Shown here in pieces: positions 13,545-26,665 of a stretch of 64,000 nt of DNA; within the stretch, counting starts at the first letter, position 1, and each line of letters opens with the position of its first letter. The notes under the pieces were generated by a model. That model was given only the letters and a program-made list of their open reading frames with translations. It was not told where the DNA came from and made no database searches. The stretch covers positions 49,168,001 to 49,232,000 of the forward strand of contig CM052816.1 in the NCBI GenBank assembly GCA_028534125.1, written 5' to 3'. Source of the DNA: Lama glama (Eukaryota). The position numbers and the translations under genes are program-made.

Positions 13545-14085
13545 CGCGTACTAGCTTTGTATTGCTGGGTTTCTTGTTGAATCTTGCTGGCCCTCAGTTT
13601 ATTCACCTGAAAATGGATAAAAATAGTACCTGCTATGGTTTGACTGTGTCTCCCTCAAAATTCACATGTTTAAATCCTAACTCCCAAAGGTGATGATGGT
13701 ATTAGTACATGAAACCTTCAGGAGGCTTGTAAATCCTGAGAGTGGAGCCCTCAGGAACAGGATTGATGCCCTTGTAAACGGGGCTCCAGAGAGCACCTGC
13801 TGCCATCTGAGGACACAGGTGGAAGTATGTGACCCAGACTAGAGCTTTCTCTTGACCACGCTGGGACCCTGATCTCAGACATCCAGCCTCCAGGGCTCTG
13901 AGCAGTAAATGCCAGCTGTTTATGAGTCCGCTCAGTCTGTGGTATTTCATTATAGCAGACTGAATGGACCAAGACAATTCCACCTCAGTAGGGTTGTGTA
14001 ATGATTCATTGAATAATGTGATATGTCTATCTATCATCCTCAAAACAACCTTGACCTGTAGGAATCATTCAGTAAAAGCATTGGA
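13545..14085 (+). mobile_element. MIR split by the MLT1A insertion (halves about 13545-13630 and 13977-14085)
   Basis: ctcagtttattcacctgaaaatggataaaaatagtacc | cacctcagtagggttgtgtaatgatt continues the MIR consensus across the LTR. Confidence 0.7.
13631..13976 (+). mobile_element. MLT1A/MLT1A0 MaLR solo LTR
   Basis: Begins tgctatggtttgactgtgtctccctcaaaattcacatgtt; ends gtggtatttcattatagcagactgaatggaccaagaca (TG...CA). Confidence 0.9.
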
Positions 14086-14863
14086 ATACCCCTTCCTTGC
14101 AGAGAGATTACATGATCTTTACATTTGTTCTATTAATAATGTAGAATTGCATCACAAGTGTAATTGTATGGAAAACTGCTAGCTACTGGATGGATGAATT
14201 ACTTCAATTTCTTACCTCAAATTTCAGGAGAGAGTACTTATTTTAGAAACACCTTTTTTCTGTCTAAATACTCCTAAATTTATTACCTAATGTTTTGAGA
14301 AAAATGTTTTAGTTCAAATATCAAAGGAGAGCTGTAAGATGCTCTCTGCTTTCAAACCCAGCTCACTAAGATTGGAATGTAGCAGCAATTGGGATTCAGA
14401 TGTTTCAAAAGGATTTGACATTTTAGTGCACAATTTTTACTTTAGAAAATTTATATTGGCATACTAAGCTAAAAAAAAGTCCTCAGAGCAAGCATATATG
14501 CTTGATAAAAATCTTAACAGATACTGTCTACATTTATATCTAAATTTTTATTAAAAAATAAGTAATATATATAACATCTACACCTGTTTATATGTAAATG
14601 AAAGAGAAAAAGGAAGAGAGACATTTAAACAAATCAAATAGTTTTATGAAGTCATAATTTATGCAATGCAAGCTTTGAAATAAACTGTATTATAATGTTA
14701 AGCTAATATACTACATTTTAAATAACCATTTTAATAATAATGCTAGAATTTGTTTACTAAAAATTGAATTATCTGAACATCTGGATATGGCAGTCAGAGT
14801 TTTCAGCCTTACAGTATTTCCTAGATGATACCTGGGTTTAATATTTGTAAAATACAGGTATAA

Positions 14864-14865
<2 letters not shown>

Positions 14866-14901
<36 letters not shown>
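14866..14901. repeat. (GT)18 microsatellite
   Basis: Directly visible. Confidence 0.98.
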
Positions 14902-14904
<3 letters not shown>

Positions 14905-14914
14905 AAACAGCAAG

Positions 14915-15165
14915 CAGTTTACAGTGTGGGTTCCAGAATGATTATCTTAGGATCTAATTTCAAGTTCTGGTACACAACTTATTTGCTGTATCACTTTGGG
15001 CATGTTGCTAGCCTCTGTAGCCACATTTTCCAAATCTGTAAAATGAGGCTAATCATAGTATTTAATCATATTGTATTCAGATATTTAATTTAAATACATA
15101 AGTAACATACTTAAGAGTGGCTTGCTTGTAGTGATCATCCAGTAATGCTATCATTATTGTTGTGG
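14915..15165 (+). mobile_element. MIR SINE, near full length
   Basis: gctgtatcactttgggcatgttg...ttttccaaatctgtaaaatgaggctaatcatagta. Confidence 0.75.
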
Positions 15166-15335
15166 TTGCTATTAGTATTATTATAAAAGCATACAGAGCA
15201 TAGAGAAGAGTCTCAAAGAATTTATCCTTAATATTTTAACATAAGTTATCAGTGGAGTGTTAAATAAAGGAATGGGGCAAGGAAGCTGAAAGTAGGCAAA
15301 AAGGAAAAGAAAGAACATAAAAAGCCCTGCCCACC

Positions 15336-15534
15336 TAGGCTGTACATAAAATAGGACACCTGGTCAAATTGGAATTTCAAATAAACAAGGAATAATATTT
15401 TAGTATAAGTATGCTCCATGCAATATTTGGGACACACATATACTAAACATGTATTTTTGTTTTTCTGAAATTTAAATTTAATGGAGTGTTCCATATTTAT
15501 TTTTTAATTGTTTATGCCAAATCTTGCAACCTTA
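15336..15534. mobile_element. MER53 palindromic hAT MITE
   Basis: gtcaaattggaatttcaaataaacaaggaataatattttagtataagtatg ... tttttctgaaatttaaatttaa ... aaatcttgcaacctta; internally self-complementary. Confidence 0.85.
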
Positions 15535-18039
15535 TGACAGCCCTAAGGAAAAAAATCACACAGCACGTATGAAATAATTCAATTTACAGCAAATAATATA
15601 ACTGTATACATGCATTTTGTGCACATATATAAATTAGATTTTTCAAGTCTTTATTAATTGGTAGGAATTTGCATTATATATATATCAAGAAAAAAGTACA
15701 GTATGATCTGTAGCATGATTCTGTTGTAGTAAAATGAAACAACCATTAAGCTGTAATATGTGTGTATATATATTTACATATTTGTAATGTAATATGACAT
15801 GCAATATTTATGTATTTGGAATATATGTATATATATATATTTCTTACAGGAAAGTAAGTTTAAAGAAAAGGAAATATTCTGTGAGGTGCAGAATACATTC
15901 ATAAATGAATCTCAGAATTGAAGATGTATTAGTTTTTTAGAGTGCAGTTGGGAAGAGTTGGGCTGAATTGGGCATTCCCTAAAGCTCATCGTTCACATCT
16001 ATTAATAAGGTGTTTAATGAATACTAGATCTGAAACATATACATTTTTTTATACCTAGATATAGGTATTTGATTATGTAAGTATAGTTGATTTAATGTGA
16101 TCTTCACATTAAACTTCCTCTTTACATTTAAAGATGTATGGGCTAACACAGTATCACAATTTGGGTGTCTTTTTGAACTTATGAACTAGGAAAAGGGACT
16201 AATTCACATCAGCCAGTGCAGGTGAACAGCTGAGAATTTCACATATGCATCATATATTCAAACTGATATAAAATTTTTGTGATGACCTTTGAGACCAGCA
16301 TTAGGTAAAGCCCTGTTGAATCAACTACAACTATCTTATGAGGAATTCAGATATTGTCTTAGATTAGTCTTCCATTAAGATTTTATTTTTGAAGAAAATG
16401 CACTTCCAGTTTCCTCCATATAACCAACAATTCTTTGCTTACTAGATTCTGATTCTATAATTCATTATAATTTCTGCTCTTTTCTGTTACTTTCCCTCAC
16501 TTTAATATACAAAATTAACACAAATCAAATAAGTGAAGGTAAAAATCTAATTTTACTTACATGATATTTGACTGCTGCCATCAGTAATTTCACTGGCTCT
16601 TCTATAAGTTTATAACATTAACATAATTATTCTAATTGCATGAGCAACTTTAATTGTTAGTTGGCATCTCTTCTTGGTGTAATTATATGGAAAAGCTATA
16701 TTAGATAATCAAAACAATTAAAATGGTTGATGTAATTCTTGAAGAATAGAAATTAGTCTTCAGAATTTTAAGCAAAGATTAATTTATGTTTCCAGGATAA
16801 TTTTTAAAAGGAGTCTTTTATGTGACTATGCACATCACCTCCCACCCCCTGTAAAAAAAGAAAGAAAGAAAGCAAAAGAAAAAAACAAAGAGCTGTTTTT
16901 ATTCTGTCTCATCATCAAAAATGTAAAGTATCCTAGTTTTCATACACAAAGATGGAACTAGTGACCTGTAATAAGTAAAGCACATGGTTTGAATTATTTT
17001 TCTAAAGTAGTCATTTTAGAGATGCAATCTCACACTTTAATTTTGTCACTATTGCAGTTAATGATACACAGCAGTGGTGATTTACCAAGGTGAGAAGTCA
17101 ATCTGTGGTCACTTAAGTGGAACTGAGCTAACTGTAAGATCTATATCTATAACCTCATTAGTATTCTGCCCTGATCAATTAAACTAACTAAATTCAGGAG
17201 AGATGTAATTATTAGCATCATCAACGTGTTGACAGAAACAATTAATATTTACTGAATGTTTTCAGTGTTCTCTGAGATAGGACACAACTACTAAAACAAA
17301 CAAAAAATCAGTTTAAGCATTTGCAAATCACTCCTACAATTATTTTGCCTATAAGATGGCTTCTAACTGCTTTACCTTAATGTTTCTTAATTTAGCATTA
17401 TGTAGACATGAATAACGGGAAATGGGTCTCTATTTACCTTATAAAATATTTGTTCTCAGCAAATCCATGTACTTTGCCACAGATGTCCTGTCTTTTCTAA
17501 CTCTAATCTTTTGGCCAACCCACTTATATTTTGGTTTTAATAAACACTCATTCAAGTTTCAAACTATATGAAAAAAAAAAAGGTAAAAACAGAAATTTTT
17601 TCTTAAGTTCAGCAATATTTCATGGAATCCAAGAGCCGAAAGAGTAGTAGACCTTGCAGTTCTGGAAGAGCGAAGTCAGTTACATAAGGTGATCTCCCTC
17701 CTCCGACTCCGGAATCCATCTTCACAACTCGTTTCTACCACTTCCACTTCCTTTTGTGACTGTTTGTCTTCTCTGTTTCTTTAGCTCATCTCAAATTTAG
17801 ATCATAGTTTTTCGGGTTTTTTTTTTTTAATCAGAATGTGAAAACTTTATTCTGTTTGAATGTAAAAGTTTTAGCTGAGCTCACATGTGCCCTGGAGCTT
17901 TGCTTTCCCTAATCCAGTAATTCCAATTACGTTGATCATGTGGTCAGTGAGCCATGGGGAGAAGTTCCCTCAGTTCACAACTATGGACTGAATTGCAGAA
18001 AACTAAGGGGAGACTGGTGCTAGCTAAATTTGATAAGTA

Positions 18040-18440
18040 GTCTTTTTGACCATGTTAAGAATTTTGGCCTTCATCCCAAAGTCAGAGAGTAGATTTATTC
18101 TTCATGCAAATATCACCTTTGCATTTTGTAAAGGTAATTCTGACTGCAGTGTTGAGGGTGAATTTGAGGGGAATAAATAGCATATTGAGACCAATAAAGA
18201 AGCTACTGCAGTACCTCAGACAAGTGTTGGTGATAGTATGGGCCAGAGCAGCAAAAGCAGAAGTAGAGAAAAATGGAAAAATTTGAGAGAGATTTAGAGT
18301 CAACATCATCAAGGACAAATGGTGGATTAGAATTTGGGTTAGGGACACGAAGTGGGGCAGTGAAGGAAAGGCATGTGTCCTAGCTGTCTGATTCAGGAGA
18401 AGAGATGATACTGCTCTCAGACAGAAATGCTAGAAGAAAC
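18040..18440 (-). mobile_element. L2 LINE ORF2 3' fragment
   Basis: Minus-strand translation SQIFPFFSTSAFAALAHTITNTCLRYCSSFFIGL resembles the L2 ORF2 motif ..IRPFLS..A..LV.A.I.SRLDYCNSLL.GL. Confidence 0.75.
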
Positions 18441-18654
18441 CATTCTCAGACACCTGAAGAAGAGTTATGCACTGTAGTTTAAACTTTATTTAAAACTCCT
18501 AGAAGAGTATCTATTACCTAGTGCAGCCCTAGATCCTGGGAAATTACATTATGACTCAAAATTCACCAAGAAGTTTTGAGTTAAACAAGTATTTTAATCA
18601 CCGTGTATGTATGAGGAATTAAACTTTGAAAATCTGAATGTTACTATAAGAGAA

Positions 18655-19127
18655 TGTGGTAGGTTGAATGATTCCCCACCCCCAAAGTTAGCCACATCCT
18701 CATGCCTGAAACCTGTGACTGTTACTTTAACTAACAGATGCTTTGCAGATGTGATAAATTAACTATCTTTAGATGGGGAGATTGCCCTGGATTATCCCAG
18801 TAGGCCTTAAATACAATCACATGTCTCTTCATAAGAGGGAGGCAGAGAAAGATCTGACAGGTGGAAGAGAAGGCAGTGACAACAGAGGCTGAAATTTGAG
18901 AGATGAGACCACTAGCCAAGGAATGTGATAGCCACCAGGAGAAAGATGAGGTAAGGGAGGAATCCCCCCCTTCCTCCAGTAGTGTGGCCCTGCTGATACC
19001 TTGATTTTAGCCCAGTGATATTGATTATACACTTCTGGCCTTCAGGACTGTGACGTAATATATTTCCCTTGTCTTAAGCCACCAAGTTTGTGATAATTTG
19101 TTACAGCAACCATAAGAAACTAATAGA
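18655..19127 (+). mobile_element. MLT1C/MLT1D MaLR solo LTR
   Basis: tgtggtaggttgaatg...ctttgcagatgtgat...ccctgctgataccttgattttagccc...aagtttgtgataatttgttacagcaaccataagaaactaata. Confidence 0.9.
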
Positions 19128-20619
19128 AGGTGCTTTTTCAAAATTGCTTTTATATTTAAAATATATCCCTATGACATAAATGTTCTCTGATGAAGCATCT
19201 AGAAACATTTTATTCAAGCTAGGATATCCTGTTTCACTGACAGGTATCTGCAGTTCTTGTGTACTGCATATAGCCAAAAAATAACTGGTGTCTGCTCTCC
19301 AGCTAGGATTTAATCCCAGTAAATTGCAGATACATATTTGTAGAATTTACAGGCCTAACCACCATATCAGCATCATGTTGAAATTAAAATAGTGTATTTC
19401 TAGGAAAAATGATCTGAGTGAATATTTTAAAATATTTTTCTAATGAGGGCAAATTTTATTGAAATTTATGTGCATAATTTAACCTAAATTGTTTTGGCAG
19501 CCACTTGAATAATTAATTGCACTCTTCTATTAACGTTACTGACATAGACCTAGCTCCAACACCTCAAATGCAGAAGCATTGCTCTTAGAACTATAATTCC
19601 AAACTTCTCCTTTACTGTTCTGGATTTCTTCTAAGTAGAGCAGTATTAGAAACTTTTCAGTTATTTTCAGACTCATCTCCTAGAGGGAGTCAGATAGATT
19701 ATAAATATAAGGTAGCATAAAATGGTGGCTAGAATCCTCTAGATAACTTGTTTGTCAGTAACAAATTAATAAGACAGTAATCTACGAGCTCTTCAGGTAT
19801 ATATAAACAGTAGAAGAAAATGGAAAATATACTCATATGCAGATGAGTGAAGATAAGCAAATAGCTATTCTTGCTAAACCAATCTGTGTGTTTACAGAGA
19901 CACTTCTTTAAGAGAATTTTAAAGAATTTAAATTTTAAATTTAACTTAAATTTAAGTGGAATTTAAACCAGTGGAAACATTGATGATAATGAACTTAGAT
20001 GCAAAATTTGAGCAGGGATTTCTTTCTTGTATATTCAGTCATTTTTGCCCTAAGTTAATAATTAAGTAGAGATCATATTTCTTTCTTATTATTACATTAG
20101 TGATTGTATTTCACTCTTATTGCACCTCAAAGATACTAGAAATGGCTCTGTAGGTATGTACAAACTAAAACAACAAATGCTGGTTAACAATCACACATGT
20201 ATATAAAACTAATATATCATGAAACTACTTCTCACAACTCTGAGATGGAGTAATGCTCTGTATTATTAGATATCCAGGCGTTTAAAGCTTTGGCTACTCA
20301 GTTCGAAAATGACAGTCTCTTCAGTCAAAATATATGTCTCTTCAGGACGAAGTTTGAAATAATTTTGGATTGTGTAGACATCATACACATATTGGAATTT
20401 AGGTAATTTCCTAATTCCTTCTTCATCTTTTCTTAATTGTTTTATATTAGATTTTTTATTAGCTTAGTAATTGGTTCATTACTTTTTCACTTCATTTCAG
20501 TAAATAGTCCTCAAATCATGCCTCTAAAATAGGTGTAGAAAAAGAGAAAGACAATAGTTAAAGAAATGAAAAAAACATATGTAAGTAAATTTCAACACTT
20601 TGAGAATCTTGAAGATTCA

Positions 20620-20700
20620 AATATGGGGATTCTGTGTACTATTCTTGCAACATTTTTGTGATTCTGAAATTATATAAAAACAGAAATCCAAAGATTAAAA
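20620..20700 (+). mobile_element. L1ME-type 3' end fragment
   Basis: atatggggattctgtgtactattcttgcaacatttttgtgattctgaaattat. Confidence 0.5.
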
Positions 20701-22084
20701 GACCCTTAGTTTAAAAAGGTTAGCAACCTCCTCCAACGTTCCCACATACTGCCACTTCCACCAGCGCCACTTCGACGCTTCAGCATACGCTTAACCTCTC
20801 TGAGTTTTTAGTTTTCTCTCTTTGGGAGAAAGCCCATGAACTTTCCTTATTGCTCTGAAAGCGCAGCTGCGTTATATCGGCACATTTTTAATATTTTGTG
20901 AAGAATTTCTTGTGGTTTTGTAACTAAAGCATTTTCACCTTATTTGAATTTCTGTAATGCCAAAAGTGGACGGTGTCTCATGTTTTTTAATGGATGTATT
21001 ATCTGCTCAAAATAACTTGAAAAATATTTATTTATATTCACTTTAGTGAATTGCTCTTTTCTCCTTTGACTGTTACTTATGGATAAATTCTTCTGTTTCA
21101 AATATTTGGTTCCCATATGTAATGCTGGATTTTTTGTTTGTTTTTCACTTTAAATCATTGATGATTCTAATTTTTCTGTTCACATTTTCAACTGAGGTCT
21201 AGATTGAATAGCACTGAAAACTGGAGAGTTATCTCTGTAACAGACATTAAACAATATTGTTGTCTGTCATATCTCTAGTAAATCAATGCCTAGTACATAG
21301 AAGGTACTGTGTAAATATTAAATACATGAGAAAATGAACAGAATGAATACATAAAATTAATATAATGAATAAAATATGAATACAGACTCTCAAATCATCA
21401 ACAATCATCCTTATGTAAAAACAAAATATAATAAATAAATTTTGTGTATCTTGTTTAGTAATAAAACTGAGAATGTAAGATTGTTGAGACAGAATTCACA
21501 ATGAAGAGTCAGTCATGGTAAATTTAGAATAGAAATAATGAATAAAATTATTGGATGAGAGATTTTCCAGTTAAAAGATTTAGACATAAGAACAAGAAGA
21601 TACAGCAGTTCATGAAGATAAATAGGATAAATTGTAGCTCAGAATTGTCTTTCTTGAGAATATTTTGGTTGTCATCTGCATGGAAACCTGGTTGATTTGA
21701 GATGATATTTGTATGACACTTACTTCAAAGTATGAATAAAGCATAGGATAAAAATTTTTACCATTATATTTATTACCTATCTCAAAAATCGTTCTGTCCA
21801 TGGTACCTCTTTGTACATCTATAATGAAATTTTCTTTTCCTCAGTTTGAGTTTGTTTCTTTTCCTTACAATCAGTAAAGTCTTTATTAAGATAGAACCCT
21901 TTTTCTCCGAGAGACTCCTTTTATCAGCCAGTGATGGCTTTGGAATTTAGCTTTGTGCACTCAGATTTGGTAGATACCAAGATCCTAGGTGACAAAGGAC
22001 AAAATGCCAAAATATCACCTCTTTTTGAAAAAAATCCCCTCATTAAAAAGTAAAATTATGTGTATTTATTTGTTTCCTTATGAA

Positions 22085-22264
22085 CTTTGTACCTAAATAT
22101 TTCTTGTCACATTTTATTATCGTTCATATTCTTTATTGGCCCCACCACTGCACTGTCAGCAATTCAAAGACCAGAGGACTGTTCAGTTGAATTTAAATCT
22201 GTAATATGCAGCATAGTGCTTGGTATATCATAAGACATCAAACATAAATTAATAAATGAATGAA
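22085..22264 (+). mobile_element. L2 3' end
   Basis: cactgtcagcaattcaaagaccagaggact...agcatagtgcttggtata...aataaatgaatgaa. Confidence 0.6.
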
Positions 22265-22295
22265 AATATTTGGTGATACAGAATTAAAATGAGCC

Positions 22296-23000
22296 ACATT
22301 TATTCAACAAATATTAAGTGTCTGCTCTTTGTAATGCATATTGCCAAGTGCTAGAGACAGTGTTCTGATCAACACAATCTTATATATGACATTTTATTAA
22401 AGATGACAGGTATTATATTTCTTTTTGCACCATCTATTTTTTACTTACTGTTAAAAGGGATTCTATGAAAAAGAATTAAATGTGCCGTGATAAAGTAGAC
22501 AAAATAATGTGTAGACCAGGAGGTCATTGCTTCTTTGAAGAAGCAATCTCTCAGAGAGATCTTATGAGCTGTAGGAATTAACTAACCAATGTATGGAGGA
22601 AGAATCTTTTGGATATAAGGAATAGAATTTGCTAAAACCCTAGGCCAGGAAGCATTCCAGCATGTCCTGGAAATGAAGGGTAATTTGTATGGTGGACCAA
22701 GTTAGAGAATGGCACCAAAGGAAACATGTGAGTCAGTTAGATTAGTGTTTTGTGGAGCTGACTTGAAGAAATGGGCTGATTCCAAACAGATTTAGGAGAT
22801 AAAATCAAATGACTGCAGTAAATAAACTGGAAGCAGACAAAGGTAGATACAAGGTGATCAGTTCAGAAGTCAATGCAATAGTCCAGGCAAGAAAAATGAT
22901 AATTTGATCTCAAGTTATGCCAAATAGGTGGAAGGAAATAGATGGATTTAAGAAATATTTAGAGGTAAAATGGCCTTTGGAGAAAATTGGTTTTTAGAGT
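22296..23000 (-). mobile_element. L2 LINE, 3' portion
   Basis: catttattcaacaaatattaagtgtctg...; gcaatagtccaggcaaga...gatggatttaagaaatatttagaggtaaaa. Confidence 0.7.
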
Positions 23001-23299
23001 CATAAAATAATCAGGGGGGAAGGGAAAGGAACTAGGACTGCTCAAAGGAAAGAAAGACTTCAGAAATACACTAGAGCTAGTATATTTACATGGTCAACCT
23101 GACAGTAATTTCCAGTGGATATAAAAAATAAATAATTGAAAATCTTAATTACCCATCTTTATATGACTGACTTCACATCTTTATTGGAATAAAAAAAATT
23201 AGAAGACAAAGATTCAGTTGAGATTCTTTTTAAATGTTAAGTATCATTGTGTTGTTTTTTCAAACTCTTTTGAGGGAGATAAAATCTCAATGTGACATT

Positions 23300-23720
23300 T
23301 ATTGTATATGTTCCTGGTTCATCAGATGCAAATCAACTGTGTTTTTTTCTCCTGGCTATATAGAAAGATTACCATTTGCAGCCTTTGTTCTGCTTGGTCC
23401 AGGTCATGTCACTGAGTCCTGGCCAGTGGAATGTGGGTGGAATGGTGTGCCTCTCATAAAATGTCCTAAGTGAGCCTCCACACACACTCTTCATTTATCT
23501 GTTGGCTAGTTGAATGCAGATGATACCTGGGAGCTACATCAGGATGAGAGAGCTACAGAATTGAAATAGCCTGGGTCCTGGGTCCCAGTTTAACTACTTT
23601 CAGTAGAGTTTTTCAGTAGAACCTCCAAACTCACATGGGATTATGAGACACAAAATCCCATTCATTAGCACCACTGAAATTTCAGGAGTATTTGTTATAG
23701 AATCTGACTAACAATATACA
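23300..23720 (+). mobile_element. Old MaLR LTR (MLT1I/J-like)
   Basis: ggtcatgtcactgagtcctggccagtggaatgtgggtgga...gcctgggtcc...ccactgaaatttcaggagtatttgttatag. Confidence 0.65.
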
Positions 23721-23752
23721 ATGTTGCCTTTTTTTGTTTTATTTATTTATTT

Positions 23753-23822
23753 TATATATGTGTGTGTATAGATATATATATATACACACATATATATATC
23801 TATACACACACATATATATATG
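23753..23822. repeat. TA/TG/CA microsatellite forming a 28-bp perfect inverted repeat
   Basis: Arm 23753-23780 is the exact reverse complement of 23791-23818. Confidence 0.9.
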
Positions 23823-23824
23823 CA

Positions 23825-23990
23825 TGCCAAAGAATTCTGCGAATATTAATAATTTAATACTTACATGAACCCTATGAAACAAGTAATGTTATATCCATTA
23901 TACAAAAGAGGAAACAAAACACAAGTTCACACAGCTAGTAAGTAGCAGAGCCAATAATCACTCCCATTACTCTGGCTGCAAAGTTTCTTC
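23825..23990 (-). mobile_element. MIR SINE
   Basis: aaccctatgaaacaagta...ccattatacaaaagaggaaac...cacacagctagtaagtagcagagcc. Confidence 0.75.
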
Positions 23991-25270
23991 TGTTAGTTTC
24001 TGGCTGCACTACCTGAATTTAAATGACTGTTCTTTAAAAGAAAATATATATATATATATCTATTTGTGAGAGCTACACTTTTAATTTGTCCACACCTTTG
24101 AGTATTTCAGGAATTTCGTATTAAGGTTAATGTATTGAGAGTTCAGAAAGTCTGTTTGGCCTAAGTCTTATATTCATGAAGAAAATCAAATGTAATGTGG
24201 TTACATTTAAATCACTGTGTATTGTATGTTTATGTTTAATTAGTTAAATCTAAAATATTAAAATTTTTGTAACTCTGGTTTCACACTTTATTTCCTTTCA
24301 AATTGCCAGGGAGCATTAATAATTGGAAATGATCCAGGCAGGCTCTTAGTCGCTAAGGACCCTGTTTTGCCCGTTCAGTGATAAGGATCTAAAAAAATAG
24401 TTATGTATTCTCTGGAGTTCTTAGTGAACTTAGCGCAGTATCTTACTGAGTATCTAAAACTTCATAGAACTTGAAGAGTTACAGGAACATCCCATGGTTC
24501 TACCAGGTAGACTGCCAATGAAGCTGCAGTAGGCAAAGATATTTTCATCCAATTCTGGGGGAAAATACATGGTTAAATCTTTTCTGTATCCCCTAAGAAA
24601 TGTTTAGGCCACATCTAGTTAGAAGTTATGTTATGACAAAGAAGCAATTTGACTAAGGCCCCTGTGACACCTCTGACTTAACTTTGAAAAGAGTCATGGG
24701 ATCTGCAACTTGTACTTGGCTCTGCTGAAAAGAAAGGAAAGATCTGTGGCTAATGAAATGTCAAAAATGTAACCTCTCTAAGGATTTGTTTCATCCCATC
24801 AGAATGCACCAGAGAGTCAATACCAAGCTTAAACTTAAGTCCCTACCTAAGCTGAGAGCTTTGAGTTGTGAAGAATATTTGGGTTTCTTTCTCTGTTTTT
24901 CTCTAAGTCATTTTCTCCTGCTTTCCTAAACTAAAGTTGTTTTGTCCTTTAAGGAATGAATGCATTCATGGGACTTAAGATTACAGTGACAAAATTCATA
25001 TACTGTGCTGTTGTTTTATCCATCTACATAAGTGACTTTTGTCAGATAGCTCATATGGTCCTTAGTGGCACTCGTAAAATTGTATGTGCTTGTGTTTATT
25101 TTTGCCTGTCATAATTTATTAACTTTAATTATCCAAATCCCTGTTCTGTATTCAGAGCTACTTCTAATTCAATTTAAACTCTATTTATGATTTTATTGGT
25201 CTTCTAAAGAGATCTAATCAGGTAGAATAATCAACTGAGTCAGCATCACTTAAAAAGATGTCTTGAGTTG

Positions 25271-25768
25271 TTTAAGGTAGGAAAAAAATTCTTTCCTCTA
25301 CCCATATTAGGTCTCAGCTGGGGCTCTGTAACAAAAGACAGATTAACTGGAGAAAAGCATACAGATTTATTTATTATAAGTTTTATGTGACATGGGAATC
25401 CTCATAAGGAGGTGAAGACACAAAGAATTTACAAAACTCAAGTGCTTATATCTTAAGCTGAACAAAGGGAAGTAGTTGTTGATAAGTAACTAAAATATAT
25501 GTAGAGAGGAAAGGATGGTAAAAGTCATTTAATAATGTCTGTACAGAATTCTCTCAGCCTGGACTCATCTCTCGTGATAAGAATGTTTCTTTCCTTCTGG
25601 TAGAGGGAGGACATCTATCACATGGGAGTTTTGTCTCCTGCTTTTAGGAAGAAAAGGGGGAGGTCAGAGACCTCTTCTTGCAAGTGCTGCTTTCCATGTG
25701 CCTTTAAATTAAAATAATCTTCCTGCCAAAGTGACATATTTAGGGGGGACATACTCTGCCACCCTTTA
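25271..25768 (-). mobile_element. ERV1 solo LTR, MER34/MER39-like
   Basis: Minus strand starts ..agggtggcagagtatgtcccccctaaatatgtcactttggcaggaagattattttaatttaaaggca; also taacaaaagacagattaac..agaaaagcatac; minus-strand AATAAA near 25368. Confidence 0.8.
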
Positions 25769-25774
25769 GTGGAA

Positions 25775-26005
25775 TAGTAAAAGAGATCAAGGAATTGAAG
25801 TTGGGTGGTCAGGATTTGAGTTCCAGATCATTTTCCCTAATATTTGAATGAAATTGAACAATCCCTTAAAACTCTTCAGTCTCAATTTCTCCATCTAAAC
25901 CAAGATAAGAATCGCTAGTGAAAGTATTGTAATACACTAAATAAAGTAATAATGTACGTGGAAGCACTTAAATCACTGAAGTACAAGACAAATGTTAGAT
26001 ATTTA
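25775..26005 (+). mobile_element. MIR (MIRb/c-like)
   Basis: gatttgagttccag...cagtctcaatttctccatcta...aatgtacgtggaagcactta...acaaatgttag. Confidence 0.55.
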
Positions 26006-26469
26006 AATTTTGTTCATAAAATAATAAGTAATGAAAAAGATAATATAAGCTTTCATGTTTAAAATGTTTTTAAAAAGTCATTATTATGAAACATCCCATT
26101 TTGGCATTTTTATAACAAAACATATTAATATTTTTAAGTGATCTCACTAAATAACTATTGAAGGTATATAACAATACAGTAGAGATTTTTCAGTATCTTT
26201 TCTAAAATTCCATTCATTTGTCTACACTAATCTAAGGAAAACATTACAAGAATAAATGAAGGTCTAAGAAGGTATACATGGCATTCTTTAACTTTAAATA
26301 TAAGAAATTTCAAATCAGAAGGGAGAACTATTTCCTTGAACATTAGATTCATTATATGTAGCATTCACTCAGAAAGTAAATTTATCATTGAACAAGACAG
26401 CTTCATACTGGGTGTTAATATCTGGCTCAAAAAACACCTACTACATAATGAAATGATTTGTTATAATTT

Positions 26470-26665
26470 CTTTCTTTTTTATTCAAATATTAGTCAGTTT
26501 AAAATGCGTTTATTTCTGGAGTACAATATATTGATTCAGATAAATATATAAAACTTTTCCTTTTCATATTCTTTTTTATTATAGGCTATTACAGATTTTG
26601 AATATAGTTCCCTGTGCTAATATAATAGGAACTTGTTTATTTTATATATAGTAGTTAGTATATGA
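26470..26665 (-). mobile_element. Lineage L1 3'UTR fragment
   Basis: Poly-T start; ttttcatattctttt..ataggctattacag..tgaatatagttccctgtgcta; homologous to 37067-37344 and 46300-46490. Confidence 0.8.

Noticed and set aside
13702..14043. 113-aa minus-strand ORF
   Set aside because: Antisense translation of the MLT1A LTR and adjacent MIR.
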